Source: an uncultured Nitrososphaerota archaeon (GTDB lineage: Archaea > Thermoproteota > Nitrososphaeria > Nitrososphaerales > Gagatemarchaeaceae). Taken from it: a stretch of DNA of 64,000 nucleotides. The notes beneath the pieces are model-generated. The model was not told the DNA's origin. It ran no database searches and was given only the letters and a program-made list of their open reading frames with translations. Location: positions 2,176,001 to 2,240,000 of the forward strand of contig OY969807.1 of the NCBI GenBank assembly GCA_963703285.1, given 5' to 3'. Shown here one piece after another: positions 41,307 to 50,663 of the stretch (its first letter is position 1; every line of letters starts with the position of its first letter). The position numbers and the translations under genes are program-made.

Positions 41307-42082
41307 GCCTTGGGTTCTACCGTGGCCTCTTCCTTCTTCTCTTCGACCGGCGCGGGCGCTTCCTTCGCCTCCTCGGGCTTCTCCTCCTTCCCCTCGCCCT
41401 TCCTCGAGTAGACCTCCTCGAAGGTCACCTTCCTGACGGAGGGCAGGAAGTGCATCATGTCATTGGCGATCCCGCGCTTTGTAACCTGTAGCCCTTCGGC
41501 CATGAAGGCCGCGTCCGGGACAATCACCGTGAGCTCGGCGGGCGCGAGCGTGAACTCGATTTTCTCGCCAACCTCTCCCGGGAACCTCCTCTTGATGAGC
41601 GACCGCGCCTTCTCCTCGTCGGTCTCCACCTTCCTGACGACCTCAACGTCGTAGATCAGCGTCTTCCCCGCGAGCCTGTGGTTGAAATCCACCTGAGTCC
41701 TCCCAGACCCGATGAACCTCACGACGCCCATTCTGTTGTCGACCTCCACCACGTCCCCGACGGACATCTCGGACGCCTTCTCGCCGAACTTCCTTATGGG
41801 GATCATCCTCAGGAGGGAAGGGTCGCGCTCCCCCCAGGCCTTCGCGGGTGGCAGCTCGACGGTCTTGCGCTCGCCGGGCTCCATCCTGCTGATCTCCTCG
41901 TCGAGGCCCTTCAGCACCCAGTCTTCGCCTACGGAGACGAGGCGTGGCTCGTACCTCCTCTCCGAGTCGTAGATGTCGAGCTTCTTTGCTTCGTCCTCGA
42001 GCGTACTCTCTATGGCCTCGCCAGTGTCTTTCACCTTGGCCGTGTAGTTCACGTAGATCAGGGTGCCTTTCTCGAATGGCAA
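41303..42082 (-). CDS. slyD: FKBP-type peptidyl-prolyl isomerase (long archaeal SlyD-like)
   Basis: VNYTAK, LPPAKAWGERDP, VDFNHRLAGKTL. Confidence 0.92.
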   Translation of the reverse strand: MPFEKGTLIYVNYTAKVKDTGEAIESTLEDEAKKLDIYDSERRYEPRLVSVGEDWVLKGLDEEISRMEPGERKTVELPPAKAWGERDPSLLRMIPIRKFGEKASEMSVGDVVEVDNRMGVVRFIGSGRTQVDFNHRLAGKTLIYDVEVVRKVETDEEKARSLIKRRFPGEVGEKIEFTLAPAELTVIVPDAAFMAEGLQVTKRGIANDMMHFLPSVRKVTFEEVYSRKGEGKEEKPEEAKEAPAPVEEKKEEATVEPKA

Positions 42083-42126
42083 TTTCTTTTGAAGCACCAC
42101 CGTGCTTTTGGCTCGCCTTAAATGCT

Positions 42127-43272
42127 TTAGCGGCCGGCCTCGAGGACGGCGACGAGCCGCTTCGTGTCCACCTGGTGGTCGAACTTGCCGAATGTCAACG
42201 CCATCGCCGCGGCGGTCCTGTTGACGTGCGCCGTGTTGACCTCCCCCATGTTCCCGATCCTGAACATCTTGCTCTTCATCGCGCCGAAGCCCGCCCCCAG
42301 GATGATATCGTGCTCCTCGTTCATCCTCTTCCTGAAGAGCTTGTCGTCGAGCCCATCCGGATAGAGGCCGGCGATCACGGTGTTCGACCTGACCTGGGGG
42401 TCTGCGTATGCCCGCAGGCCCATGGCCTCCAGCGCGTTGTAGAACGTCCCTGCGTGGCGCGCGTGCCTCTCGACCCTCTTCTCGAGACCCTCCTCGATGA
42501 GCATCTCGAGCGCCTCGTCGAGCGCGTAGTAGAGCGGGATCGCGGGGGTGAATGGCGTCTCCCCTCGGGCGAGGAAGTCCAACTGGCGCCCGAGGTCGAA
42601 GTACCTTACCCTCGGCGGGTCCTTCCGGACGTAGTCCGCCGCCTTCTTGCTTAGCGAGAGGAGGGCGAGACCGGGCGGCGCCGCGAGGCACTTCTGGCTG
42701 CCCGTGATGCAGACGTCCACGCCCCACCTGTCGACGGGGATCGAGTATCCCCCCAGGGACGATATGGCGTCCACGATGTAGAACGCTCCCTTCTCGCCGA
42801 CGACCTTGCCCAGCTCCTCGACGTACGGGACGGCGCAGCCGGTGGAAGTCTCGTTGTGGACGACGTAGACCGCCTTGAGGTCCTTGGTGTTCCTCACCGC
42901 CTCCTCGACGGCCCCTAGGCTGGGGACCTTCCCGAACTCTGAAGCGACCCTCGTGACCTCGCCGCCTGCGAGCTCCACGGCCTCGGCGAGGCGAGCGCCA
43001 AACTCTCCGAAGACGGTCACCACCACCCTGTCGCCGGGCCGGACCAAGTTCCAGACCGCGGCCTCGACCCCGCCGGTCCCCGACGAGCTGAGGATGAGCG
43101 GGCTCTCGGTGGTCTGGAAGAGCGCCTTCGACTTCTCCGTGACCTCCTTCAGCAGCTCCGCGAACGCCTCCCCCCTGTGGTTGATCATGGGCTTGATCAT
43201 CGCGGCCATTACCCTGTCGGGGACGTTCGTCGGGCCTGGCAGCATTATGAGCTTCCGCCTGGGGTAGTCCAT
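42127..43272 (-). CDS. Class V PLP aminotransferase (serine-pyruvate/alanine-glyoxylate type)
   Basis: PGPTNVP, HNETSTG, DAISSLGG, GSQKCLAAPPG, RIGNMG. Confidence 0.93.
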   Translation of the reverse strand: MDYPRRKLIMLPGPTNVPDRVMAAMIKPMINHRGEAFAELLKEVTEKSKALFQTTESPLILSSSGTGGVEAAVWNLVRPGDRVVVTVFGEFGARLAEAVELAGGEVTRVASEFGKVPSLGAVEEAVRNTKDLKAVYVVHNETSTGCAVPYVEELGKVVGEKGAFYIVDAISSLGGYSIPVDRWGVDVCITGSQKCLAAPPGLALLSLSKKAADYVRKDPPRVRYFDLGRQLDFLARGETPFTPAIPLYYALDEALEMLIEEGLEKRVERHARHAGTFYNALEAMGLRAYADPQVRSNTVIAGLYPDGLDDKLFRKRMNEEHDIILGAGFGAMKSKMFRIGNMGEVNTAHVNRTAAAMALTFGKFDHQVDTKRLVAVLEAGR

Positions 43273-43273
43273 C

Positions 43274-43819
43274 CTAGGACGCCTCCAGGTCCTTCGTGAT
43301 CATGCTCCTGACCCTCCCTACGCCGTCCAGGTCCTTCACCATCCTCTCCACGGCCGGGGGCACGAGCGTCTCCCAGTCCTTCCGCTCGAGTATCCTCGTC
43401 CTGATGTTCGTTGCCGAGTACTCTCCCCTGTTGAGGTACGGTATCGGGGTCACCCTGATGCCCTCCTCCTTGAGGAGGCGTATCGTGAGGCTGTCGTTGG
43501 AGAATACGATGTCGAACCGGGGTACGGTCGACCTGAGCGTCGCGGTCCAGACCGAGTGCGACTGCGCGTCGTTGATGGGGATCAACATCCACCGCCTCGC
43601 GTCTACCTTCGCTTCGTCGAGAGCCGCCTTGATCATCATGATCCTCTCGCCCGCCGTGAACGGGTTGTCGCGCTCGTGGCTCCTCTGGGCGCTGCCCACA
43701 ACTATGTACAGGTAGCCTACCTCCTTCAGCGCATATCTGACTGCCGCAAGGTGTCCGTTGTGAAAGGGCTGAAACCTCCCGACGAGTAGTCCCACCCTGC
43801 TCTTGGGCATCTCTGACAA
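43274..43819 (-). CDS. nadM: Nicotinamide-nucleotide adenylyltransferase
   Basis: GRFQPFHNGH, NPFTAGER, SATNIR. Confidence 0.94.
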   Translation of the reverse strand: MSEMPKSRVGLLVGRFQPFHNGHLAAVRYALKEVGYLYIVVGSAQRSHERDNPFTAGERIMMIKAALDEAKVDARRWMLIPINDAQSHSVWTATLRSTVPRFDIVFSNDSLTIRLLKEEGIRVTPIPYLNRGEYSATNIRTRILERKDWETLVPPAVERMVKDLDGVGRVRSMITKDLEAS

Positions 43820-43890
43820 ACGGGTTTTCGTTGACTATTTAAGCGGTTTTCGGGGAGGCGCCTCCGGCAGTAGGTCCTTGGAGGCGCGGG

Positions 43891-44922
43891 TTGTCCACAG
43901 TTGAGATCGATGGCTCCTTTGGCGAAGGCGGAGGGCAGACCGTTCGCATCGCGACCTCCTTCTCCATCATCCTGAACCGGCCGATCCATGTCACAAACGT
44001 CAGGGCCGGGAGGCAGGTTCCGGGCCTCAGGCCGCAGCATGCGTCGACCCTGAAGATCCTGGGGGATGTCACCGGCGGCGCCGTGGAGGGCGGCGGGATC
44101 GGCTCGACGGAGTTCGCCTTCACCCCCGGTCGCCCTGAGAGCCGGACTATGACCCTCGACATGGGGACCGCCGCGAGCATCACACTCGTCCTGCAGGCCC
44201 TCGTGCCCGCCATCGCCCTCTCCGGGGTGTCCCTCGATCTCGAGCTCGTGGGGGGGACGGACGTCCCTTGGAGCCCCACCCTGGACTACGTCAGCACGGT
44301 CCTTGCCCCGGGCCTCGGCCGGATTGGCATCGTCTTCTCCGTCGCGGCGACGAGGCGCGGTTACTACCCGAACGGAGGAGGAATGGCGAGCATAAGGATC
44401 GAACCCTCCCACGGGGTGAGCGCGATGGAGCTGGTCGCGAGGGAGACCGACCCCACAATCAAGATCATCAGCAGGGCGGGGATGCTGCCGAAGCGGGTGC
44501 CGGAGCAGCAGGTCACCTCGGCCCAGGAACTGCTCGGGCGGCATGGCCTGCACGCCGATGCGGAGGTCCACCTCGAGGAGTCCTCCTCTCCGGGTAGCTC
44601 GATACTAGTAAGCTCGGTAGACGGCTCCTGCTTCATCGGAGCGGATTCGATCGGCGCCAGGGGCAAGCCGGCCCTGCGGGTGGGGTCGGAGGCCGCGTGG
44701 CGCTTCTCCCGGGCCTTCCTGTCAGGAGCCTGCGTCGACGCGCACTTCGCCGACATGCTGGCCCCCCTGCTGTGCCTCGCCGGCGCAAGGTCGACCATCC
44801 TGGCTTCGGAGGCCACCGACCACCTCAGGACGAGCCTCTACGTGGCCCAGCGGTTCGTGCGCGCCGTTTGCGCGATCGAGCCACGCGGAGCCGCGCAGCT
44901 GGTCACCATCGACCCGCGCTAG
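43891..44922 (+). CDS. rtcA: RNA 3'-terminal phosphate cyclase
   Basis: DGSFGEGGGQ, GLRPQH, GGTDV, RGYYPNGGG, TDHLRT. Confidence 0.92.
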   Translation: MSTVEIDGSFGEGGGQTVRIATSFSIILNRPIHVTNVRAGRQVPGLRPQHASTLKILGDVTGGAVEGGGIGSTEFAFTPGRPESRTMTLDMGTAASITLVLQALVPAIALSGVSLDLELVGGTDVPWSPTLDYVSTVLAPGLGRIGIVFSVAATRRGYYPNGGGMASIRIEPSHGVSAMELVARETDPTIKIISRAGMLPKRVPEQQVTSAQELLGRHGLHADAEVHLEESSSPGSSILVSSVDGSCFIGADSIGARGKPALRVGSEAAWRFSRAFLSGACVDAHFADMLAPLLCLAGARSTILASEATDHLRTSLYVAQRFVRAVCAIEPRGAAQLVTIDPR

Positions 44923-44957
44923 CAAAATAGCTAATAAGGTGCTGGCGGCGGCTTCCA

Positions 44958-45569
44958 ATGGCGTTTTACTTGTCGTTCGATGCTTACATCCCCGGCGCGA
45001 CCGCGGTCGGTGTCACCTACAAGGATGGTGTCGTGCTGGGGGCCGAGAGGAGGATAACGCTCGCCAACTACGTCCTAAGCAAGACGGGCAGGAAGGTCTT
45101 CAGGGTGACGGACTCGACGGGAGCCGTCTGCGCCGGCATGATCTCGGACATGCAGAACCTGGTAAGACAGGTCGGCGTCTACGCCAAGCTGAAGGAGCTC
45201 GAGGTGAAGAGGACGCTGAGGCCGGGTGCGGTGGCGAAGCTGATGTCGGTCATAATGTTCGAGCAGCGGTTCGCACCCTTCATCACGCAGGTCATCCTGG
45301 GTGGCATCGACGTCAAGCCCAAGGTGTGGGTGCTGGACCCGCTGGGGTCGATAATCGCGGACGAGTACGCCGCAGTCGGGACGGGGGCCGAGATGGCCGT
45401 CGGTGTCATCGAGCAGGGGTTCGCCCCATCCATGTCTTACAAGGACGCCAAGGAGCTTCTGGTCACGTCGATCAGGGCCGCCATCGCAAGGGACTCGATG
45501 AGCGGAAACGGGATCGACTTGCTGACGATAGACAAGTCCGGAATCAAGGAAGACGAGGCCGAAGTCTAG
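44958..45569 (+). CDS. psmB: Second proteasome beta subunit (catalytic Thr replaced: PGATAVG)
   Basis: GVVLGAERR, AVGTGAEMA, RDSMSGNGID. Confidence 0.88.
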   Translation: MAFYLSFDAYIPGATAVGVTYKDGVVLGAERRITLANYVLSKTGRKVFRVTDSTGAVCAGMISDMQNLVRQVGVYAKLKELEVKRTLRPGAVAKLMSVIMFEQRFAPFITQVILGGIDVKPKVWVLDPLGSIIADEYAAVGTGAEMAVGVIEQGFAPSMSYKDAKELLVTSIRAAIARDSMSGNGIDLLTIDKSGIKEDEAEV

Positions 45570-45634
45570 AACTCAGACGGGCGGCTTCTGCCAACGTCGC
45601 CCAAAGCGATCGCTTGCGGTTCTCCCGGGGCGCT

Positions 45635-45781
45635 CTACTCGGGGACGCTCTCTGCGTGTACCTTTCCGTCCTTGAGGGAGACGAACAGGTACCTGTTGTC
45701 CTCGAAGACGAGCGTGAGTTCGTTTTCCTTCTCCGTGACCGTCAGCAACCTCTTCTCGACTATCCCGTCGAACTTGGCCAT
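45635..45781 (-). CDS. Small hypothetical protein (48 aa; not in ORF track)
   Basis: MAKFDGIVEKRLLTVTEKENELTLVFEDNRYLFVSLKDGKVHAESVPE, host-like codon usage. Confidence 0.6.
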   Translation of the reverse strand: MAKFDGIVEKRLLTVTEKENELTLVFEDNRYLFVSLKDGKVHAESVPE

Positions 45782-45824
45782 CGGTTTCCACGTCCCCGCG
45801 TCTGGATATTTCTGTGTTACGAAG

Positions 45825-46010
45825 TCATTCGATGAAAGAAGTCAGCTTCGAGTTCTTCTGCAGGACGAACTGCTCCACGCTCTTCCCGGTGGCGGCCCTG
45901 ACCAGCTCTCTGACGACCTCGTCCATGGACTTGGCCCTCCTCTGGTCCCTGAGCAGCTTTAGTACCTTGTGGGTGTCGCCGTGCACCTTCACGCTTTTGA
46001 TTACGAGCAT
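45825..46010 (-). CDS. Small ribbon-helix-helix/antitoxin-like protein
   Basis: SVKVHGDTHKVLKLLR...SMDEVVRELV. Confidence 0.65.
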   Translation of the reverse strand: MLVIKSVKVHGDTHKVLKLLRDQRRAKSMDEVVRELVRAATGKSVEQFVLQKNSKLTSFIE

Positions 46011-46062
46011 CCCGCCGTTTCTCCCGCCGGCCCCTTGAATACTTTGTTGGCCGGGTATTGAC

Positions 46063-46137
46063 TCAGTATCGTCGCGAGTTCGTCATCTGCACCGGAGCTA
46101 ACTGGTGCTAAGACTGGGACGGCGTTGACCTCATCGT
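46063..46137 (-). ncRNA. Candidate C/D-box sRNA
   Basis: ACGAUGA (C-like) ... internal hairpin GCACC/GGUGC ... AGAUGA (C'-like) ... 16 nt ... CUGA (D); intergenic. Confidence 0.35.
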
Positions 46138-46197
46138 CTTCCCTGCCTGATGGCCCGTTTCTTTTAGGTTTTATGCGCCGCCGTCGGCACCCATGGC

Positions 46198-47334
46198 GTG
46201 CTCCCTCTCAAGGGAATCAGGGTGCTCGACATATCCAGGCTCCTGCCCGGCGGCTTCTGCTCCCACCTGCTCTCGGAGTACGGTGCGGAGGTCATCAAGG
46301 TCGAGGAGCCGGGCCTGGGAGACTACATCCGCGACGTCCCTCCCCTCCTCGACGGCGTCAGCCTCGTCCACACGATGATCAACCGGGACAAGCAGTCTAT
46401 CGCCCTCGACCTCAAGAAGGAAGGGGGGAAGGACGTGCTCAGGGCCCTCATAAAGCGCTCAGACGTCTTCCTGGAGGGCTTCCGCCCCGGGGTGGCGGAA
46501 GGTCTCGGCTTCTCGTTCGAGGAGGTGAGGAGGCTCAACGGCAGGATCGTCTACTGCTCCATCTCGTCCTTCGGGAGGGAGTCCAGCCTGAGCTCGATGC
46601 CCGCCCACGACCTCAACCTCGAGGCTATGAGCGGGCTCCTGGGGTCGGTGCGCAAGCCGGAGGTCCCGTTCGTGCAGTGGGCGGACTACGTCTCCGGTCT
46701 GTACGCCGCCATCGGGATACTTGCGGCCCTGAGGCGCAAGAGCGCGAGGGCCGTCCACATCGACGTGCCGATGGTCCAGTCGTTGATGTCCCTCCTGATG
46801 CTCCCCGCCTCGTCTTACTTTGCGACGGCTGAGCCTCCCGCCCGCGGCCAGAGCCTCGTCTTCGGCTCTGAACCTTACTACTGCGTCTACAGGACGGCTG
46901 ACGACAGGTACGTGGCTGTCGCCGCCATCGAGCCCCACCTTTGGGAGAACCTGATGGAGGCACTCGGCCTCTCCCGTCTGGCTCCCCTAAGGTCGGGGAA
47001 CGCTCGCCAGCGGGCCAGGCTGGGAAGGGAGTTGAGGCGGGCGTTCGCCTCGAGGACCCAGGAGGCCTGGTCGTCGCTGCTGATGGGCAGGGACTCCGCG
47101 GTCACCCCGATATTGGACATCCACGAGGCTCTGGACTCAGCGTGGGCGAGGGAATCGGGGGTGGTCGGGAGCCTGAACGGAAGGCGGGTCCTGAACCAGC
47201 CGCTGAGGTTCTCTCCCAGGACGAGGACGAAGGGCGCCCCCCGTCTGGGCGAGCACACCGCTCGGGTACTGAGGTCCCTCGGATACACGCCCTCGGAGAT
47301 TGAAGCGCTCCGCAGGGCCGGTGCGGTCGCATGA
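46198..47334 (+). CDS. CaiB/BaiF family III CoA-transferase
   Basis: PLKGIRVLD, GAEVIKVE, NRDKQS, EGFRPGV, HDLN, PRLGEHT. Confidence 0.93.
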   Translation: MLPLKGIRVLDISRLLPGGFCSHLLSEYGAEVIKVEEPGLGDYIRDVPPLLDGVSLVHTMINRDKQSIALDLKKEGGKDVLRALIKRSDVFLEGFRPGVAEGLGFSFEEVRRLNGRIVYCSISSFGRESSLSSMPAHDLNLEAMSGLLGSVRKPEVPFVQWADYVSGLYAAIGILAALRRKSARAVHIDVPMVQSLMSLLMLPASSYFATAEPPARGQSLVFGSEPYYCVYRTADDRYVAVAAIEPHLWENLMEALGLSRLAPLRSGNARQRARLGRELRRAFASRTQEAWSSLLMGRDSAVTPILDIHEALDSAWARESGVVGSLNGRRVLNQPLRFSPRTRTKGAPRLGEHTARVLRSLGYTPSEIEALRRAGAVA

Positions 47335-47430
47335 GGTCCCCTGCGGACCCCCCCACCTGAGCCCGGCACGTCCGGCTGCAATCACGGCACGTTTAGAAAC
47401 CCCGCGGACCCGAACGCCACGGACGTAAGA

Positions 47431-49407
47431 TTGGCAGCTGAGATTCGAAGCGTCGGTGTCCTCGGCGCGGGCACCATGGGGCACGGCATTGCGGAGGCGG
47501 CCGCTCTTGCAGGTTACCAGGTCACGGTCTACGACGTCGAGCAATCGTTCCTGGACAGCGGGATGCAGAAGCTGCGCTGGTCCGTCTCGAAGCTCACAGA
47601 GAAGGGCGTCCTGTCCGCGGAGCGAAGCGCCGAGGTGCTCGCACGGGTGCGCGGGACGCTGGACCTGCGAGAGATGGCCCCCGTCGGTCTCATAATAGAG
47701 GCCGTGCCGGAGGACCTCGCCGTGAAGTCCAAGGTCTTCCACGACGTGGAGGAACTGAACAAGGGCGCCGTCCTCGCTTCCAACACGAGCACGATACCCA
47801 TCTCGGAGATAGCGAGAACCAGCTCCACCCCTGAGCGCTATGTGGGGATGCACTTCTTCAACCCCCCCGTCCTCATGCCCCTCGTCGAGGTGATCAGGGG
47901 TGAGAAGACCGACGAGCGGACGGTCGACCGAGCCGTCTCCTTCGCCAAGTCCCTGGGAAAGCAGGTGGTGCTCTGCAGGAAGGACGTCCCCGGATTCATA
48001 GTCAACAGGATTCTCGGCCCCCTCCTGAACGAAGCGGCCTGGGTGGTGGCCCGCGGCCAGGCCACGGTCGAAGCGGTCGACTCCGCCACCGTCCAGAAGG
48101 TGGGGCTTCCGATGGGCCTCTTTGAGCTAGCCGACTACACCGGGATTGACGTGATCTACAAGGCCGGGGAGGCCGTGAGATCCCGCGACCCGACTTCCAT
48201 ACCCGGGGCGCCCGTCTTCCAGGAGCTGTTCAAGGCAGGGAAGCTCGGGAAGAAGTCCGGCGAGGGATTCTACTCATATTCGGACTCGAGCCCGAGGCCG
48301 AAGATCGCAGCCGAGGCAGGGCGGAATGTCGACCCCCTCCTCGTCTTCTCAGTCGCCGTGAACTCGGCGGCGTGGCTCCTGAGAAACCAGGTCTGCTCGA
48401 AGGAGGACCTGGATCTCTCGGTGAAGCTGGGGCTCGGCTTCCCCGACGGCCTGCTCCGGATGGCGGACTCGTGGGGGATAGACAACGTCGTTGCAGCTCT
48501 CAAAGAGAAGCAGAGGCTCTACGGTCAAGAATACTCCCCCGATCCGCTGCTCGAGGAGATGGTGAAGGACGGCCGGCTCGGCGTCGTCGCGGGGAGAGGG
48601 TTCTTCGAATACTCGAAGACGGATTGGTCGTTCGACGAGTTGATACTCACCAAGTCTCCCCCGCTCGCCTGGATACGGCTCAACAGGCCCCACAAGCTGA
48701 ACACGATGACCCCGAAGATGATTGAGGAGCTGGAACTCGCCGCCGAGGACGTCGCCCGCGACGAGACCATACGGGTGGTCGTGATAACGGGAGAGGGGGG
48801 CAGGGCGTTCAGCGCGGGCGCCGATCTCACCAGCTTCGGATTCGGGACCGACATCAAGGCCTTCGGCGCGTCGCGCCGAATGTACGAGGCGTTCAGCTCC
48901 TTCGAGAGGATGACCAAGCCTGTCGTCGCGGCGATCGACGGCTACGCCCTGGGCGGAGGATGCGAGCTCGCCCTGGCCTGCGACTTCCGTCTCGCCTCCG
49001 AGTCGAGCCAGATTGGTCTGACGGAGACCAACCTGGGCATCATGCCAGGGGCGGGCGGGACGCAGAGGCTGCCCAGGCTGGTCGGGCTGGCCAAGGCGAG
49101 GGAGATGATCTACTTCGGGAGCAAGCTCCCCGCCGGTGAGGCGCTGAAGATCGGCCTCGTGGACAGGGTCTTCCCCAATTCCGAGTTCAGCACCCTAGTC
49201 GAGCAGTTTGCGAAGAGCCTGGCGAAGAGGGCCCCCCTCGCGCTGAAGTTCTCCAAGCTCGCCCTGAACGTAGCGAGCCAGTCCCCGCCAGACATGGGGG
49301 AGCTCTTCGAGGCGGAGAGCTTCGCCATGCTGCTCTCGACGCAGGACGCGTCGGAGGGAATCTCCTCGTTGTTCTCCAAGAAGGAGCCCGAGTTCAAGGG
49401 CGAGTGA
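47431..49407 (+). CDS. 3-hydroxyacyl-CoA dehydrogenase / enoyl-CoA hydratase fusion
   Basis: GAGTMGHGIA, SNTS, GMHFFNP; C-terminal FSAGADL, ALGGGCELALACD. Confidence 0.94.
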   Translation: MAAEIRSVGVLGAGTMGHGIAEAAALAGYQVTVYDVEQSFLDSGMQKLRWSVSKLTEKGVLSAERSAEVLARVRGTLDLREMAPVGLIIEAVPEDLAVKSKVFHDVEELNKGAVLASNTSTIPISEIARTSSTPERYVGMHFFNPPVLMPLVEVIRGEKTDERTVDRAVSFAKSLGKQVVLCRKDVPGFIVNRILGPLLNEAAWVVARGQATVEAVDSATVQKVGLPMGLFELADYTGIDVIYKAGEAVRSRDPTSIPGAPVFQELFKAGKLGKKSGEGFYSYSDSSPRPKIAAEAGRNVDPLLVFSVAVNSAAWLLRNQVCSKEDLDLSVKLGLGFPDGLLRMADSWGIDNVVAALKEKQRLYGQEYSPDPLLEEMVKDGRLGVVAGRGFFEYSKTDWSFDELILTKSPPLAWIRLNRPHKLNTMTPKMIEELELAAEDVARDETIRVVVITGEGGRAFSAGADLTSFGFGTDIKAFGASRRMYEAFSSFERMTKPVVAAIDGYALGGGCELALACDFRLASESSQIGLTETNLGIMPGAGGTQRLPRLVGLAKAREMIYFGSKLPAGEALKIGLVDRVFPNSEFSTLVEQFAKSLAKRAPLALKFSKLALNVASQSPPDMGELFEAESFAMLLSTQDASEGISSLFSKKEPEFKGE

Positions 49408-49507
49408 GGCCCCCGCCTCTTCGTCCGATGACCTGCTTTCCCGGGAGGTGACGGAGGGTCAACGAAACCTGAACCGATAAATACGGAATGGGGCGGTCTC
49501 CCGCTCC

Positions 49508-50662
49508 ATGTCCTCACCGGAGATCCTCCTCAAGGCCGAACATGAGGAGCTCAGGACCTGGGCACGGGATTTCGCAGCTAGGGAGATCGCTCCGCTCGCA
49601 GAGAGGATCGACAGGAACGACGAGTATCCGAGAGAGCTCATCCGGAAGATGGGCGAGTACGGGCTGCTGGGGATCAACATTCCCATGGAGTACGGCGGCC
49701 TGGGGCTGGACCTCCTCAGCTCCGTGGTCGTGGGGGAGGAGATAGCCAAGGTCAGCCTCTCGGTGGGGCTCCTGATCGGGGTACAGAACGGACTGGTGGG
49801 CTACCCGCTGGCCCAGTTCGGCACGAAGGAGCAGAAGGAGACGTACCTGCCCAGGCTGGTGAAGGGCGAGATCATCGGGTGCTACGGGCTGACGGAACCT
49901 GGGGTGGGCTCCGACGCCGCCAACATTCAGACGAGGGCGGAGAAGGTGGGCGACTCGTACAGGATAAACGGCTCGAAGATGTGGATCTCACAGGGCTTCT
50001 ACGCGGACTTCGTCGTCCTCTTCGCCAGGACCGGGACCGTCGAGGACAAGGCGGCCGGCATGAGCGCCTTCGTCGTCGAGAAGGGGACGAAGGGGTTCGA
50101 CGTCGGCGGGAAGCTCGAGGTGATGGGTGTGCGGGGGACCGGCACGGCGGAGCTGGTCTTCAACGACTGCGTGGTGCCGTCGACGAGCCTGCTCGGCTCC
50201 CCTGGCGACGGCTTCCTCATAGCGATGGCCGTGCTCAACCAGGGGCGCGTGGCAGCGGCCGCAGGAGCGGTCGGCGTCGCGGAGGCGGCTCTCGAGGCGT
50301 GCATATCGTACTCGAAGAAGCGGGTGCTGTTCGACAGGCCGCTCAGCAGGCTCGAGGCCATCCGTTTCCTGATAGCCGAGATGGCGACGAGGACCGAAGC
50401 AGCGAAGCTGCTGACGTACCGTGCCGCGTGCGTCCGCGACAAGGGAGAGGACTTCATCAGGGAGGCCTCGATGGCCAAGCTGTTCGCGACCGAGACGGCC
50501 GTCTGGGCGAGCGAGCGCGCGATCCAGATACACGGAGGAATAGGGCTTAGCAAACAGCTCCCCATCGAGAGGTACCTTCGGGACGCCAAGGTCATGGACA
50601 TCGTCGAAGGGACCTCCGAGGTCCAGAAGTGGATACTCGCGAGGGAGCTGATAGGCAACTAG
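49508..50662 (+). CDS. Acyl-CoA dehydrogenase
   Basis: LTEPGVGSD, NGSKMWIS, IQIHGGIG, IVEGTSEVQ. Confidence 0.95.
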   Translation: MSSPEILLKAEHEELRTWARDFAAREIAPLAERIDRNDEYPRELIRKMGEYGLLGINIPMEYGGLGLDLLSSVVVGEEIAKVSLSVGLLIGVQNGLVGYPLAQFGTKEQKETYLPRLVKGEIIGCYGLTEPGVGSDAANIQTRAEKVGDSYRINGSKMWISQGFYADFVVLFARTGTVEDKAAGMSAFVVEKGTKGFDVGGKLEVMGVRGTGTAELVFNDCVVPSTSLLGSPGDGFLIAMAVLNQGRVAAAAGAVGVAEAALEACISYSKKRVLFDRPLSRLEAIRFLIAEMATRTEAAKLLTYRAACVRDKGEDFIREASMAKLFATETAVWASERAIQIHGGIGLSKQLPIERYLRDAKVMDIVEGTSEVQKWILARELIGN

Positions 50663-50663
50663 G

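Noticed and set aside
44958-45569. Proteasome beta paralog lacking the catalytic Thr as a novelty
   Set aside because: An active plus an inactive beta paralog is already known in several archaeal lineages.
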